DNA of 64,000 nt, from positions 22,878,001 through 22,942,000 of the forward strand of contig CM022665.1 in the NCBI GenBank assembly GCA_012295275.1, in the 5' to 3' direction. Source of the stretch: Chrysomallon squamiferum. Lineage: Eukaryota > Animalia > Mollusca. The position numbers and the translations under genes are program-made. Under the pieces are notes generated by a model. That model was not told the DNA's origin. It made no database searches and saw only the letters and a program-made list of their open reading frames with translations. How positions within the stretch are numbered: the first letter of the stretch is position 1; each line of letters begins with the position of its first letter. This document shows positions 28,313 to 41,624 of the stretch, piece after piece.

Positions 28313-29314
28313 TACATATTTAGAGATATTATAACTTAAATGATTAGGTTAAATGACTAAATGAATGTGTAATGTACCCAACAAATGTTTTGCCTATTGG
28401 ATTCAGTCAGTGGTGTAGTTTAGTAGTTTAGTTATATGATGAAGATAATAGTGATGAAGAAGACAAAGCAACAACAGCTACAACAGTAGTAGTAGTAGTA
28501 GTAGTAGACGTAGCTGTAGTAGTTGTAGTAGTAGTAGCAGCAAGTGCAGTAATGCTATTAATAACAGTGGTGGTAGTAAAAACAAATATATAAAATAACT
28601 AAATATTTTGATACATTTTGATTTACATAACTTGGAATATAAAATATGTCTATAGATATTTTATCCCGTTCAGAACCAATCCTTTTGTGGATATGCTAAC
28701 TAATGATAAAAGAATTAAAACGAAGGACTTAATGTTTTTTGGTTGTTTTTTTTAAACAATTAAACCTGTTATCTGCAAATCCGTTAACGTAATTAAACAA
28801 AATAGAAAAATTACCTCATTAAAATGAAATTCAAAGGAAAGTCTTTAGATTTCCATTTCACAGTAAGTACTAAATAGAAAATCAAATCAAAAGAAAGACA
28901 CAGAGAAACTAATAAATAATGGGAGGAATAAAGTCATTAAAGAAGAAAAGAATAAGCGAATCAAAGGAACAAATGCACAAAGTAATGTAAAACTGAAATA
29001 AAATAACAAAGGCTATAAAGACATTAAGGAATCAGGATAAAGATAAGTATGAATTAATGAAACGAGAACGAGAACATTGTAATTAAATGTGTTGGAAGCA
29101 GGAAACAACAAACAAACAGAAAGAAAAACGAGTCAAAAAAAAAAAAAAAAAAAAAAAAGAAGGAAAAAAAAAAAAGAAAATAGGAAGAAAAAATAACAAA
29201 CAGCACACAGACAAAGAGTGTGATTTAAAATGCGTTGATCACACTGAATCCGCGTTATTTATGCAGTTAGTAACAGCTTTTGATGTATTAGACTTTAATA
29301 AGAACCAGAACAGC

Positions 29315-29316
<2 letters not shown>

Positions 29317-29366
<50 letters not shown>
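29317..29366. repeat. (AG)n microsatellite in a gene A intron
   Basis: Direct inspection. Confidence 0.95.
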
Positions 29367-29368
<2 letters not shown>

Positions 29369-29428
29369 AAACAAACAAAAAACAAAAACAGAACAAAAAC
29401 AACAAAATAGGACTGATAATATTCGTTC

Positions 29429-29465
<37 letters not shown>

Positions 29466-30162
29466 CATCAACCAAAAAAACCCCCAAAACCACAAGGAAC
29501 AAAAACAACAACAACAGCAAACTGATCGAAGAATAAAAACAAGAAAAAAAAAAAAAATAAAAAAAAAAAAATATTCACAAAATAAACACACACACAAAAA
29601 AAATAAAAAATATAAAAAATATAACAAATAAAAATATAGAAAAAAATTAGAAAAATAAAAAATTAAAGTTATAGGAAAAGAAAACTATGGCATACATATA
29701 ATGTGTTTGTTTTAATCCAGTATAATCAGTCTCAACGATGCACGGTGGTTGATTTGTATGCATGGACTTGATGCGTCAAGAGAATTCAAGATAGCATGTA
29801 CAGCATGTACAGCAGCTGAATTTCATCTTGACGTCCTATCTAAATTAAAGGATGAGATTTCCTTTACATTATGTAGACCATCCTGGCACTAAGAAGTGCA
29901 GATTTCCATCTGATTTACAATCCTACTCAGTATCCGTATCTTTTAATGCAGCTACGGTTTTTGATTTATATCCAAGTTTTGGCGTGATTTATTAAGCAGC
30001 CACTTTTTTTGTAAACTTCGGGATTCCATTTTAAATAAAATTAATGGCTTCAGTCTCTTAACAATAGAAGCTTTTTACTTTATGTGTTTTCAAATATACC
30101 AAAGTTAACTCAGCCGAATTACAATGATAAGATGATATAAATATTTCAACTGCATGGACATT

Positions 30163-30172
30163 TTTTATTCAT

Positions 30173-30203
<31 letters not shown>

Positions 30204-30224
30204 TGTATGTATTTATGTATGTAT

Positions 30225-30275
<51 letters not shown>

Positions 30276-30278
30276 TTT
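30163..30278. repeat. (TTTA)n/(TGTA)n tetranucleotide repeat
   Basis: Direct inspection. Confidence 0.95.
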
Positions 30279-30381
30279 GTTGCTGACATCATTATGCTAA
30301 TATAGTTTCTGTTCTCTTCAAGCCATATATATTAGAAAATGAAAAATAATATACTTATGTTATTATTTTCTTTTGTTACAG

Positions 30382-30508
30382 AAAGTCAACGAAACCAGAT
30401 AGCTGCGCTAGTCCAAGTCACCAGACGGCTCTGAATCCACACGGTGCTAATAAATACTACACCAGCTGCCACTACGCAGCGTCACCAGTGATTGGAAGAC
30501 AAGTGGAG
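30382..30508 (+). CDS. Gene A, second coding exon (juxtamembrane cytoplasmic part); absent from the ORF track
   Basis: Acceptor ttttcttttgttacag, 127 nt (phase 2 in, phase 0 out), donor GAG|GTAAAT; translates (R)KSTKPDSCASPSHQTALNPHGANKYYTSCHYAASPVIGRQVE, matching YSSCHYASAPVIDTIE in the paralog. Confidence 0.9.
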
Positions 30509-30558
30509 GTAAATTACATAGTTCTGTAGAAATGGTTTTTTGGGGAAAAAATAGAGAC

Positions 30559-30596
<38 letters not shown>

Positions 30597-30985
30597 GGCA
30601 TATATTTAAAAACTAAATACGTCTTGAATACAAGTAGTATTATCATATGAGAAAAATAACAGCCATATAAGGAACCAAAAGAACATCAGCAAAAGCAACA
30701 AATACAACAATAACATGATGATGATTATGATGATAACATAATGATAATAATAATAATAATGCTTATGGTAAAGATGATTATTATGATGGTGATAAACTAA
30801 AAGTTATAATAAATAAAAGACATTAATTACAGCATGTAGATGATATGCATGTAATAATATATGAATCAGTCTATTTTGGAACTCGAGTTAGTTTTCAGAT
30901 ATTAACATTCATGCTAAGTTCAGTGTTTATATTGTGATAAAAAAAAGACCGAGTTACTGTTATTAATTATCTTCTTCTTTTCCAG

Positions 30986-31696
30986 ACCACTTTACGCGGA
31001 AATAAAATGGAAACAAGAGTTCTGAATGGAAGCTCTAAATACATGGATCATTTGTACACTCCCAGCCTTCAGCAGCCGGCTCCACTTAGCTACGGTCAGG
31101 TTCAAAGACAGGAGCTGTGCCTTCCCGTAAGCAACAGTTTTAACTCCAACTACAGACGACTGCCCGAAGCCGAATACTCATCATCCAGTGCTAGTCAAGC
31201 CAACAGCGACAAGTCACCAATTTACGAATACATCGAAGATTCCGGATCCATTCGCAAATCTCGTCAGTCTCGAGATCTCATGGGATTTTGCGACTGCGAA
31301 GAAACAGGCTATGGTAGTTCGGACACGTACTGCAGTGAACGTGCCACGCAGACACTTCCAGTGAGACACTTCCATAGACAGAGACACAGCAGCGACAGGG
31401 ACAGGGAAATCTACTGCCAGGGAAGCATTTGCAGTAGACACAGCCCTGCTATGGATAGAAGTACGAGCCCTTGCTCGGTGCCGCGACCAGAACATTTCGA
31501 TATTGACGATTCTAGTATGTCTCGAGTCTACAACGTTAGACGGACCAGCAGAACTCGTAGACGACCTGGTTCGGGCTCAGAGTCAGGATCGGTTTATGAA
31601 GACGGACGATATAATTATAGAGGAGAAGAACACCCCAGACCGATTCCAGCCTTACATCCTCATTATTTCTGTCCACCTGAACTATCGTTTAGATAG
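30986..31696 (+). CDS. Gene A, terminal coding exon (Ser/Arg-rich cytoplasmic tail); whole protein ~396 aa
   Basis: Acceptor cttcttcttttccag ending 30985, in frame (TTLRGNK) with the 229-aa ORF 31007-31696; shares RxLP, YEYI[ED]DS, SRD and FCxC..GYGSS motifs with the paralog. Confidence 0.9.
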   Translation, partial: TTLRGNKMETRVLNGSSKYMDHLYTPSLQQPAPLSYGQVQRQELCLPVSNSFNSNYRRLPEAEYSSSSASQANSDKSPIYEYIEDSGSIRKSRQSRDLMGFCDCEETGYGSSDTYCSERATQTLPVRHFHRQRHSSDRDREIYCQGSICSRHSPAMDRSTSPCSVPRPEHFDIDDSSMSRVYNVRRTSRTRRRPGSGSESGSVYEDGRYNYRGEEHPRPIPALHPHYFCPPELSFR

Positions 31697-31806
31697 GTGT
31701 TAATGGTTAATTTACGTTTACCCGATGTCTTTCAAACAATACTTATGAACAATTATGTTATGTCACATGATACGTAAATGCTGTCTAATGATTGATATGC
31801 ATTAGA

Positions 31807-31890
31807 TTAATATCGTGACTATGTATCATTGCATTTAATATCGTGACTGTGTATCACTGAGTTTAATATCATGACTATGTATTATAGCAT
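31807..31890 (+). repeat. 3 x 28-bp tandem repeat in the gene A 3' UTR
   Basis: ttaatatcgtgactatgtatcattgcat / ttaatatcgtgactgtgtatcactgagt / ttaatatcatgactatgtattatagcat. Confidence 0.9.
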
Positions 31891-32837
31891 TTATATAAAT
31901 ATATATATCATATTCATTAAAATGTAAAGGTATAGATCGTAGGTGATGCATCAAGCCGGATCGCGAGTATGCACCTTTTAGTGCAAATGTGAATGAACAT
32001 GTAAAATAATATTTGCAATCGTTCAGTTTTAATTTATTATATATCTGCATAATGACAAATCAATAACAAATACATTCTGTGTTCTACTGAGCATTAATTT
32101 TCAAGTTGTATTGATTCAAATTTCCACGTTTCGTATGCAGATAATGCCATAATATATATATATTTGTGGGTTTTTTTCCTTACGTTACTTTTCAATTATT
32201 CATGGCATTCGGCCCGTCAAAAATTATCGAAGAGTAAAGAATGTTAAAGCACGCATCCTAAATCTTTTTCTTCTTCATTTTTTTAAATATTTGATGAGTG
32301 TATTGTTTAAAAGGATTCTACAGTGTATTATAGGTATGGATTCAGACATTGACCCATTATTGTATATATTTGTCATTCCTGATTTCATTATGACGTGAAC
32401 TAAACGGCCCATTGTTCTGCAGAATACAAATGTGATGTATAATTTAAGTGTACGTGAATAACAGTTGCTAAGAAATTTAAAACGAGCTGTCTAAACGTAT
32501 TAATACAATCTGAGATCACATCCATCTGATTCAGTGTTATTATTATATCATTACAATGATTTATTAGTGGTATATAACCAGCAATTTCGACAATAAACAT
32601 TAATATCATTGGCAATTTCCAAATTTTGAGAAATGTGTTATAAGTACAATTTTCTTTATAAAGTCAAATGAAAAATACTGACTACTGAATGGTATATAAA
32701 GGAAAATAAACAAAACACAGTACATAACAAAGCTACAGTTGCCAGTATTTCTGAAAATGTCTGCAAAGTTTATAAAATGCTTGTCTTTTCAGTTTATTTA
32801 TATTAAAAATGGACACAAAACCCCCCATCCTCAAACG

Positions 32838-32888
32838 ATAAATAAATAAATAAATAAATAAATAAAATAAAATAATAATAATAATATA

Positions 32889-32941
<53 letters not shown>

Positions 32942-33180
32942 TAATAATAATAAAAATAAAAATAAAATAAAAGACATACAAAATCCAAACATTTTCCAAA
33001 GATATTCCAATAATAATAACAACAACAACAACAACAATAATAATAACAACAACAACAATAATAATAATAAGAAGAAGAACAACAGTAACAACAATAACAG
33101 CAACAATAATAACAGTAGCAATAACAATAACAGTAACAACAACAATAACAAAATAATAATAACAATAACAACAAAAAACA
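32838..33180. repeat. Compound (AAAT)n, (ACT)n, (AAC/AAT)n simple repeats
   Basis: Direct inspection. Confidence 0.9.
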
Positions 33181-33386
33181 CATTATCTTTCAGCAGTCAT
33201 TTTCTTTGCAGGACGGGCCATGGTACGAACAATCATTACAATTATTACTGTTATAGTTACTGCATGTTAAGTTTATGTTAAACCTCTGTAAGTTACTGTG
33301 TAACGATGGCGATGTATGTAACAAATGCTAATTGATATAATTTGTCGTAAGATGTTTTTTGTTTCAGATATATTACGCATTATGAC

Positions 33387-33392
33387 AATAAA
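33387..33392 (+). terminator. Candidate polyadenylation signal of gene A
   Basis: AATAAA followed ~20 nt later by T/GT-rich ttgtttcactttgtg; another candidate at 32592. Confidence 0.25.
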
Positions 33393-33432
33393 CGAATGTG
33401 CAAATCAGAATTGTTTCACTTTGTGAAAAAGG

Positions 33433-33469
<37 letters not shown>

Positions 33470-34232
33470 TATAAATAAATGTTAAAATTTTGCATATTTT
33501 GTCGTCAAACGGGTAAATATAATTATGGTATCATTATGAGAAAGCATGTAGATATATATATAAATATGTATATTCATTACATACTTATAATCTAAATATT
33601 TTGATTATATCCAAATAATTTAAAAATTAATTTTAAGGAAGTTAAAATCTGTGCAGCAATTTTTGGGGTTATCACGTGCAATTTTATTCCTATTGTCAAA
33701 TATAATGAAATATTTATGAAAAATATTTTAAATGTAAAATGTTTTAAGATACTACTGTACCTGATCAAAGATTGTTATGACAAGACAGATCAAAGTTACA
33801 TTAAATATAATATCTGATCTCCTCAGAACGAAATCAAGTGAAACTCTACTAGGTATCTTAATTTCTTCTTCTTTCTATATCTATAAGCTCATATAGTGAA
33901 AAGTGTACTATAACAAATAAAATGGGGAAAAAAACACAAAAAAAACAAAGGCAAAGCAGTAAATGTTAAAGTCATCTGAAACCACTTCTAAAAAGATCGA
34001 TTCGGTGTCATTTTCTTACTATTATTTTTTTTATATTGAAAAATATATAGTAATAAAAGAAAATGAAAAATAGAATAAATAAAGTTAAAACAATGAATAC
34101 TGTATATGCATTTGAAAGTTCGAATTAATATAACTTTTAATATAATGATATTTTCTGAAAATATAACGTTAATGAATCAAAATGAAAATATGATAAATAA
34201 AATCTAATCCATGTTATATAATTTCCTTTTCC

Positions 34233-34273
<41 letters not shown>

Positions 34274-34843
34274 TCGTAATACACTGAAATGATATTAAAT
34301 CAAAGGAAATGAAAATTTAATAAATAAAATCAAACCAACAAAGATTAAAATGATCTGAAATCACATTAAAAAGAGGTTTACTGTTTTCGATATCTCTTTT
34401 TACGTAATAATAATAATGAAAATTACATTAAATCAAAGAAAATGAAAACAAAGATAATGAATAAATATATGAAAGGAATATAACAAAGAAGGAATATTCC
34501 TAAGTGACACTGAATTAAAGTAACCAAAAACAAAAATTAATTTCACGATAGTTCAGTTTTATTTTTTGTTTTCATTATTTAATTAAAAAAATCCAAAAAT
34601 AGGGAGAGGAAAAAGAAAGACAGGATAAAATTTTTTATAGACCTAGATTTTTAAAAATGTACATTAAATAATATAAATGAAAATATAAGTAATCGTAACA
34701 ATAATAATTTAAAAAAAAAAATGATAATAATAATAATAATCGAATAAATAAAAAATTAAATTAAAGAGAGGAGGAATAAAGATAAAAGAGAAATTTAATT
34801 TATATATATAAAAAAATCCATTATAAAACTCGAAAAAACACAA

Positions 34844-34884
<41 letters not shown>

Positions 34885-35917
34885 ACGAAAGATAGTATTT
34901 GTACATGAAACAGAAATAAAACTGAACGGAAGGAAGATGACACATTTGAAAATAAACGACTGAAAAAGTGTGACACATAAAACTGATGTAATGTGAATCT
35001 GAGCGTTCATTTCTTGGATCTTTCCGAAATGAAAGAGAAAAAAAAAAAAAAAAAAAAAAAAATATTGCAAACAAAATAAAACAATTCAAAAAAAAAAATA
35101 TAAAAATAAAAATAAAAAGAAAGAAATAAATAATAAAAAAAAGGATACTAAAAAGCATAATACGAAAAAGAAAGAACTTGTAAAAAAAAAAAAAAAAAAA
35201 AAAACAACAACAAGAACATGAATGAAACAATAAAACTCGAACCTAAACAGATAACAGATCTAAATAATGGCAACTTGATAGCGCCAAGAAATCTGGCTCA
35301 GCTTGGCTTAATGATGTTGAAAGAACAACAGTATGGTGACACGGGTCGAGTGTCGATGATCTAGTACTCTCTTCAGACTGATTAAAGACATTAATCACTG
35401 GGAATAATGAACTTTCGTAACAACACGCGTTTGTCGTCACTCCAATCAGAGACGACGGTGCACCATTGATCATTCCGCTACGTTACGGGGTTAGGGTGAG
35501 TCACTGTGCAATATTACACAATCCAAATTGAAAATTAAGAATGGATATTTTATTCAAATCGATCATGTTTTACAGTTCTAATTAAATGCTGCACTGCTTT
35601 TCTTTCCATACGTGACAGAATTGGGTCAGGATGACCAAGTGTTACGAACCCTGCCCAATACAGTCGTACCACGCTTTGGCAGTTAATGTAATTGGCTGAC
35701 AAGTGTTTTTGTGTGAGAAGGAATTTGCCGTGAAAAGGTTATTGAGTACCGATGTGCGTTGTCATACATCACGTATCTCATAACATTCAACATTAATTAG
35801 GAGTAACATTCATATTCTCGTACTTTTCAAGGAAACAGAAGTTATAAAAAGTGTTCAAAATTTAATATTTCCGAAATGAAAAACAAACGTTTGTTGCATT
35901 TTCACATAAATTAATAC

Positions 35918-35953
<36 letters not shown>

Positions 35954-36294
35954 GCACTAACAGAATATTGTTCAGTTTATGTTAATGTTAACTCAGTAGG
36001 TAAATCTACAAAGACTGATATTTTAATGAAGCGAAAAGTACTTGAACTGCATCTCGCCTCGTACTGTCCTAATAAACTGCGGACGTTTGAAGTCACAACA
36101 GAGTCTCTTTAAAATGATATTTTAATGCAATACGTTAACATTGTTGTGGACACACCGCTAAGATTTGCGTAAAACCCCCACATCAAAACACAAACACATA
36201 CACGTTTCACCATATCTTAGAGTGACTGTTGTGTAGCTGCTTGGGGACGGGGCGTAAGGTAAATGGCAAAAAAAAAAAAAAAATGAAATAAAAT

Positions 36295-37580
36295 ACTGCC
36301 CAGCAAAAACAGGGACATAAGCGAAATGAAAGGACAGCTACAGAATTCGTAACATCTTAATTCACAACAATTTCATGATTATCGTTTATAGATGAATATA
36401 ATAATCACTGTTTATTGTTGTTATTTTCGTTATTATCATGATGATTATTACTATTACTACTACTATACTATTGCTCTTATTATTATTATTATTATTACTG
36501 TTATTAATTAATTATTATTATTATTATTATTATTTTTTATTATTATTGTTATTATTATTATTATGTGAATGTAATATATTGGCATTTTTTATTTTGTTTG
36601 TAAAACTTACTGTAATATCTGACTATGCAGCTACAAATGATTTTTTGTTTTTGTCCTGCGGTGTCGGTAAATGTTAATTTATTTTTCCATTTATTCATCA
36701 TCCATCTACACTTATAATATACTTTATTTGTGTGTGTAAGTTTATGATAGGAATTTTGATAAAACTTAAACATTAATGTTAACTCTTGTAAAAAAAAAAA
36801 TATTAACCAAAATACCACATTACATGACTAAAATGCTTTTAATTCATAAAAACTGAGAATATAATAACAGAAGGAAAGAATCTAGTTTGTTCTTCACGCT
36901 AACAACATTAGCTACCATGAACATTTTTCTGTTTCAAATATAAGCTTATTAACGCGTTTTATTTTTTTTTTCTCGCCGTGTTTCAAATCACATAACACGA
37001 ATCTCTGCAGCTTAGCGTGTACAAATTATCCTTCACAGTTTTTAAAATTTGTTTTTCAAAACCTTATTACTTCTAAACTGAATCTGAAAGCACTCCGATG
37101 TTTTCCGATTACATTATTAACCAGAATATGAAAATAGCACACACAAAAAACAAAAACATCTAAAAGAATTCTAAAATATTCTTTGTTCGGCTGAACTTTT
37201 GCAAACTACATATTGTAACAAGTTAATTTCCGATCAGGTATTTTTCTGTTTGCAGACCGCGCGTACACAACCAGCAAAATCAGTGTGAGGAAATGAAAGG
37301 TGTATTATGATAAAATAAAGTCACAGCTTGGAACAGGGACGTTGTTTGTGTCGCCACGACGGTAATACGATGACATCGAAAATGCGAATGCCTGTGCAGC
37401 TGCATTAAAGCCAGCAATACTACCTGTTTGAAAAACGAAACTTAAGTGCTTCATTGATCCAGCGAGATGGAAATAAATCAGATGACGTCTTCTGGAACAA
37501 AACCCACACAAAAGATCCATTCCTACTAAAATGGAAATCTAATGTATCAGCTGGAAAGCCATTGTTTGATATAATAATCT

Positions 37581-37613
<33 letters not shown>

Positions 37614-37760
37614 ATTATTATTATTATTATTATTGTTGTTGTTGTTGTTCTTAGTGTCTCTGATTATCCACCTACATTTGTTGCTGTTTTTTCGTTCTGG
37701 GATGTCTGTTAATGTTAATCTGTTCTTCCATGTATTCACCACCCACCCACACTAGTGAAA
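36295..37760 (+). repeat. Old diverged direct duplication, ~1 kb period
   Basis: 36605-36715 aligns with 37650-37755 (ctgactatgcagctaca...tgtcggtaaatgttaatttatttttccatttattcatcatccatctacact vs ctgattatccacctaca...tgtctgttaatgttaatctgttcttccatgtattcaccacccacccacact); 36300-36335 resembles 37272-37300; both copies carry a (TTA/TTG)n tract. Confidence 0.7.
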
Positions 37761-40714
37761 AACTTTAACAAGAAAAAATTAATTTTTGGAATTTTTAGTT
37801 GCATTTCGTGATATAACCAGATCATTTGTCCCATGACTGTCGTTAAAATGAATTATGAAGCACATTTGCAGTTTGTCTTGTTTTTTTTTGTTGAAGATCT
37901 TTGTTGATACAATGTCAGAAATTCACAAATCAAATCGCTGAATAGCCAGATTTTATCGAATTTACATTAGAAAATACTGTGTGCATACATACGTTTTTAC
38001 TGTGCGCGTGCATATGTATGTTTCTTTATCTGATGGTGTGAACAGATTTAATATAATCCTGATAATGTGTTGTGTGTGTGTGTATGTGCGTGAGTGTTTA
38101 TCATTATTAAAATAACGTTGTATCTTGCTGCTGAAGTAAAAAACAACCACTCGTAAACATGAATTTAAAAAACATTCTAAATCTTTTGCTGTTTAATAAT
38201 ATAAAGATTAAATTTGGAAATGACAGTATTTATCGATTTATTCTTCGTGTTGCGAAACTGTATTTAAAATTATCTCTTTGTGGAAGATTTGAAGGGTTAT
38301 AGACATTTAATAACCCATTGCATGAAAATAAAAGCTATATGTAGTCATACTTAAAGAGACCATCAAAAGTGTAAAAATCAATATGCAATTATAGTATATA
38401 GCCTCGAAAATGCGAGTAAAATTACAGTCTCTTAATCCTGTTTGAAAAGAAAAACGAATAATACATCAGTGTAAAAATTTGTTTGGTGACAGAAAACCAA
38501 TGCTGGAAGATGAAAAAAAAAATCTGTGTTAATAACATAGAAACAGAAAATACGAAATTCACTGAAAGTTAACTGTACGACGACGAAAACCGAAAGAAAA
38601 AACTCCATCTGTAATACAGTTTTTATCAAAGTGTGCCGGAGAAAATAAATTAAGCCTGTACTTTACTACTGAGAATATGTTTCAGAATTCTGAATAATAA
38701 TAAATACATAAATATAAAAAAAATTATAAACAAATAAGTAAATAAATATTTAAAAAAAAAAAAAAAAAAAAAAAAACAAACATAAATAAATAAATAAATA
38801 AGCAACTAAATAAATAAGTCATTAAATAAATAATTATTTATAAAATCTTTAACCATAAAATGAACGGAAAAACAAATTACAATTTAAACAATATTTTGAG
38901 ATTAGTGTTCTTCTACATTAATAAATTAAATACATATATATAATTGCATACATTTTTATGGTCTGCATTAGAGCATTAAAACAAATTACAACCCATCTAA
39001 GCCAAGACGTCGACGTTATGCAAATGTCATAAATTCACGTTTTGAAGGAATTCAATATGCAAGCTCCAGTGATTAGATAAAACATTTTACCAGATCGATG
39101 TCATGCTTATATAATATATCTTCATTTGGCTTACTAACTTGAACATGATGTAAATAATGCTCGACATAAATCCATATTTATGATCCTGGCTTGCCTGAAG
39201 CTGTTCGGTTTTCTTATAAACTTAGTTAGTTTGCATAACGTTATGGTCTTGGACTGATGCAAATCATTAATATCAAATGATGCAATATGACACTACGTCT
39301 GTTTGCATAACGTGCTTCAGCATGTAGGCTATTTACGTTATATTATTTCTGACAGATATTGAGTGCATGATGTTTAAATTCTCAATGATCTATACAGCCC
39401 TAGTAACATTACCAAATTAGAAGCAATCCCGAGAAGCGATAAATATATCACACAAGTGTCATATGGAATAAGTGGAGTAGATTTGTTCGACCACGGCACT
39501 CAGATTGTATCGTCCATTTTGGCGTTTAGCTACTTGAGTAGAAGAAGCCCGAGGCCGTGTTTGATTCACCATGATCAATAGAGGTACTTTGTGCGAAGAT
39601 CTACTAGATCAAAGACACATTGTGCCCAGGGCGAAGGATCATAAAGATAGAGACATGCAAATTACTATAGAAAAAGCCAGCTCCGAAAGTCCTTGCACAA
39701 CATTTTTGAACAACGAATCGATTGAAATATGAGCAGTACGGAATATAAATTGGTGACATCATCACCCAAATTGACAGAAATGGCACACTAATTCGGTAAA
39801 GACAGCCTTTTCGATCTCATTTGCATTCTCTGGTAAAAATAACATGTGAATACTTCCAAGATTTGTGAAATTATTCAGCTATTAAACGAGCGTGATTTCG
39901 ATATTACAGGTTATGTCACTCAGACAATAGTCATAAAGTAGAAACGTTATTTAAAAAGTGCAACAACTCGCAGTCGATATTGATTGAAAACTGACAAATT
40001 GATTTACGTTACTTAATTTAACTGCAGCTAGCCTGAAACAAAGGAGAAAAAAAGAAACATGGACAATTTTTATTTCAGTTCAGGTTCGTACTGATGATTA
40101 TCCTTAATGATCCTTTAAATAGTTGTAATGCATTGCAATGAAATAAAACTAAATGCACTGACACTGTCAGTGGTTTAAAAGACAAATTAGAGCTGAATAA
40201 AGTACAGTTATGAAGCCACCTAATTGAGAGACCGGAGATGACCAAAGTGGATGCTAATGAAACAGATTAGCAGGAACTATTAATAAAGGTGAATTTCTAA
40301 TAAATTAATTCATCTTTATTTAGCAGACAATTAAATAGGGTGAAAAGTATAATGATTATCATGGTGTATGGATATCAAACATTAATTTTGTCATTAAAAT
40401 ATTTTAATTGCTATATAAATCTTTGCTTTCATCGGACTGAGCTTTCAGGGTTTTGGGGGTTTTTTTAATGTCAGCTGTGTAACAACTGAGATTTATACAC
40501 CATATTTATTGGCACACTTTATCGTTATCAACGGTTGGGTTGGATTTTGGATATATGGCGACCCTTACTCTGTTTCGAATTCAGCTAACAACCTTTGAAC
40601 TGTGTTAATTGTCAAAATCATTCCGAATGTTATCGCCACACGGCGTTATCCACTGATGTGTGCTTTCATTTATCTTGGGGGTAATAACGAGCAATATTTT
40701 AAACATGGGATGAG

Positions 40715-40800
40715 ATACACGTGCGCATTCTGCTGATTTAGCTTTGTTTGCAGATGGCGCTCACTGACCGGGCTTCACTGCGCATGTCAAGGAGCAGGAA
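40715..40800 (+). promoter_or_regulatory. Candidate promoter/regulatory cluster between the two genes
   Basis: E-box CACGTG 40718, CTCF/YY1-like cagatggcgc 40751, NRF1-like TGCGCATG 40779 within a CpG-richer island. Confidence 0.35.
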
Positions 40801-41369
40801 TAGAGCCTCGGTTTTTCGCTTTTGTCTTGTTCGTGTTGTCATTGTCTATTCAGTACCATAACTTTATGGACAGCGTTCTTCATTACTGTGGAATTATCAC
40901 AACAATGGAGCGCACAACGCTAAGCAGCTGTGAAGAGGTTGTGTAAACTTGGTTCCGGGAAAAGCTTCTAAGTGTTTCAGGGCACAGGAAGTGAAGACAA
41001 TGCTGGAGCGCACAAAGCAGTAGGAAATTACGCCAAACAAATTCTACTTTTAATAAAAGGTTCGAATCGAATAAGCAGTGCAATCGTGTAGACAATGACA
41101 CTTGTGTCAGCTGTCCACAAAATTGATAGTTTGATTCACTTTCAGTGGCTGTACGGAAATCAAAGTTCAACTGCCTCTTCGTATTTCGGACAAGTACTTT
41201 AAAATGAGTTTGGCGTGTGTGCATCTGTTTGTTTTTGTGCCTCCGAGTCTCTATGTGTGTTCTTGTGTGCGTATGCGCGCACGCGAGCCCTGATATGCCT
41301 GCAGGTAATTTAGAAAAGGATTCAGAAATGTGTATGATACCAAACAAAATCAAAGGGCAATCATCCAGC

Positions 41370-41405
41370 AAATAAATAAATCAATATATAAATAAATAAA
41401 TAAAT

Positions 41406-41498
<93 letters not shown>

Positions 41499-41587
41499 TA
41501 ATAATAATAAAAAAAACTACAACAAACAAACACCAATAAGTATATAAATAAATCAATAAATAAATAAATCAATAAAATAATAATAAT

Positions 41588-41620
<33 letters not shown>
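41370..41620. repeat. Compound (AAAT)n, (AT)n, (AG)n, poly-A
   Basis: Direct inspection. Confidence 0.95.

Positions 41621-41624
<4 letters not shown>

Noticed and set aside
40883-41371. 162-aa minus-strand ORF
   Set aside because: Starts at a non-ATG codon beside simple repeats, includes (CA)n-derived residues, and has no supporting splice structure or motifs.
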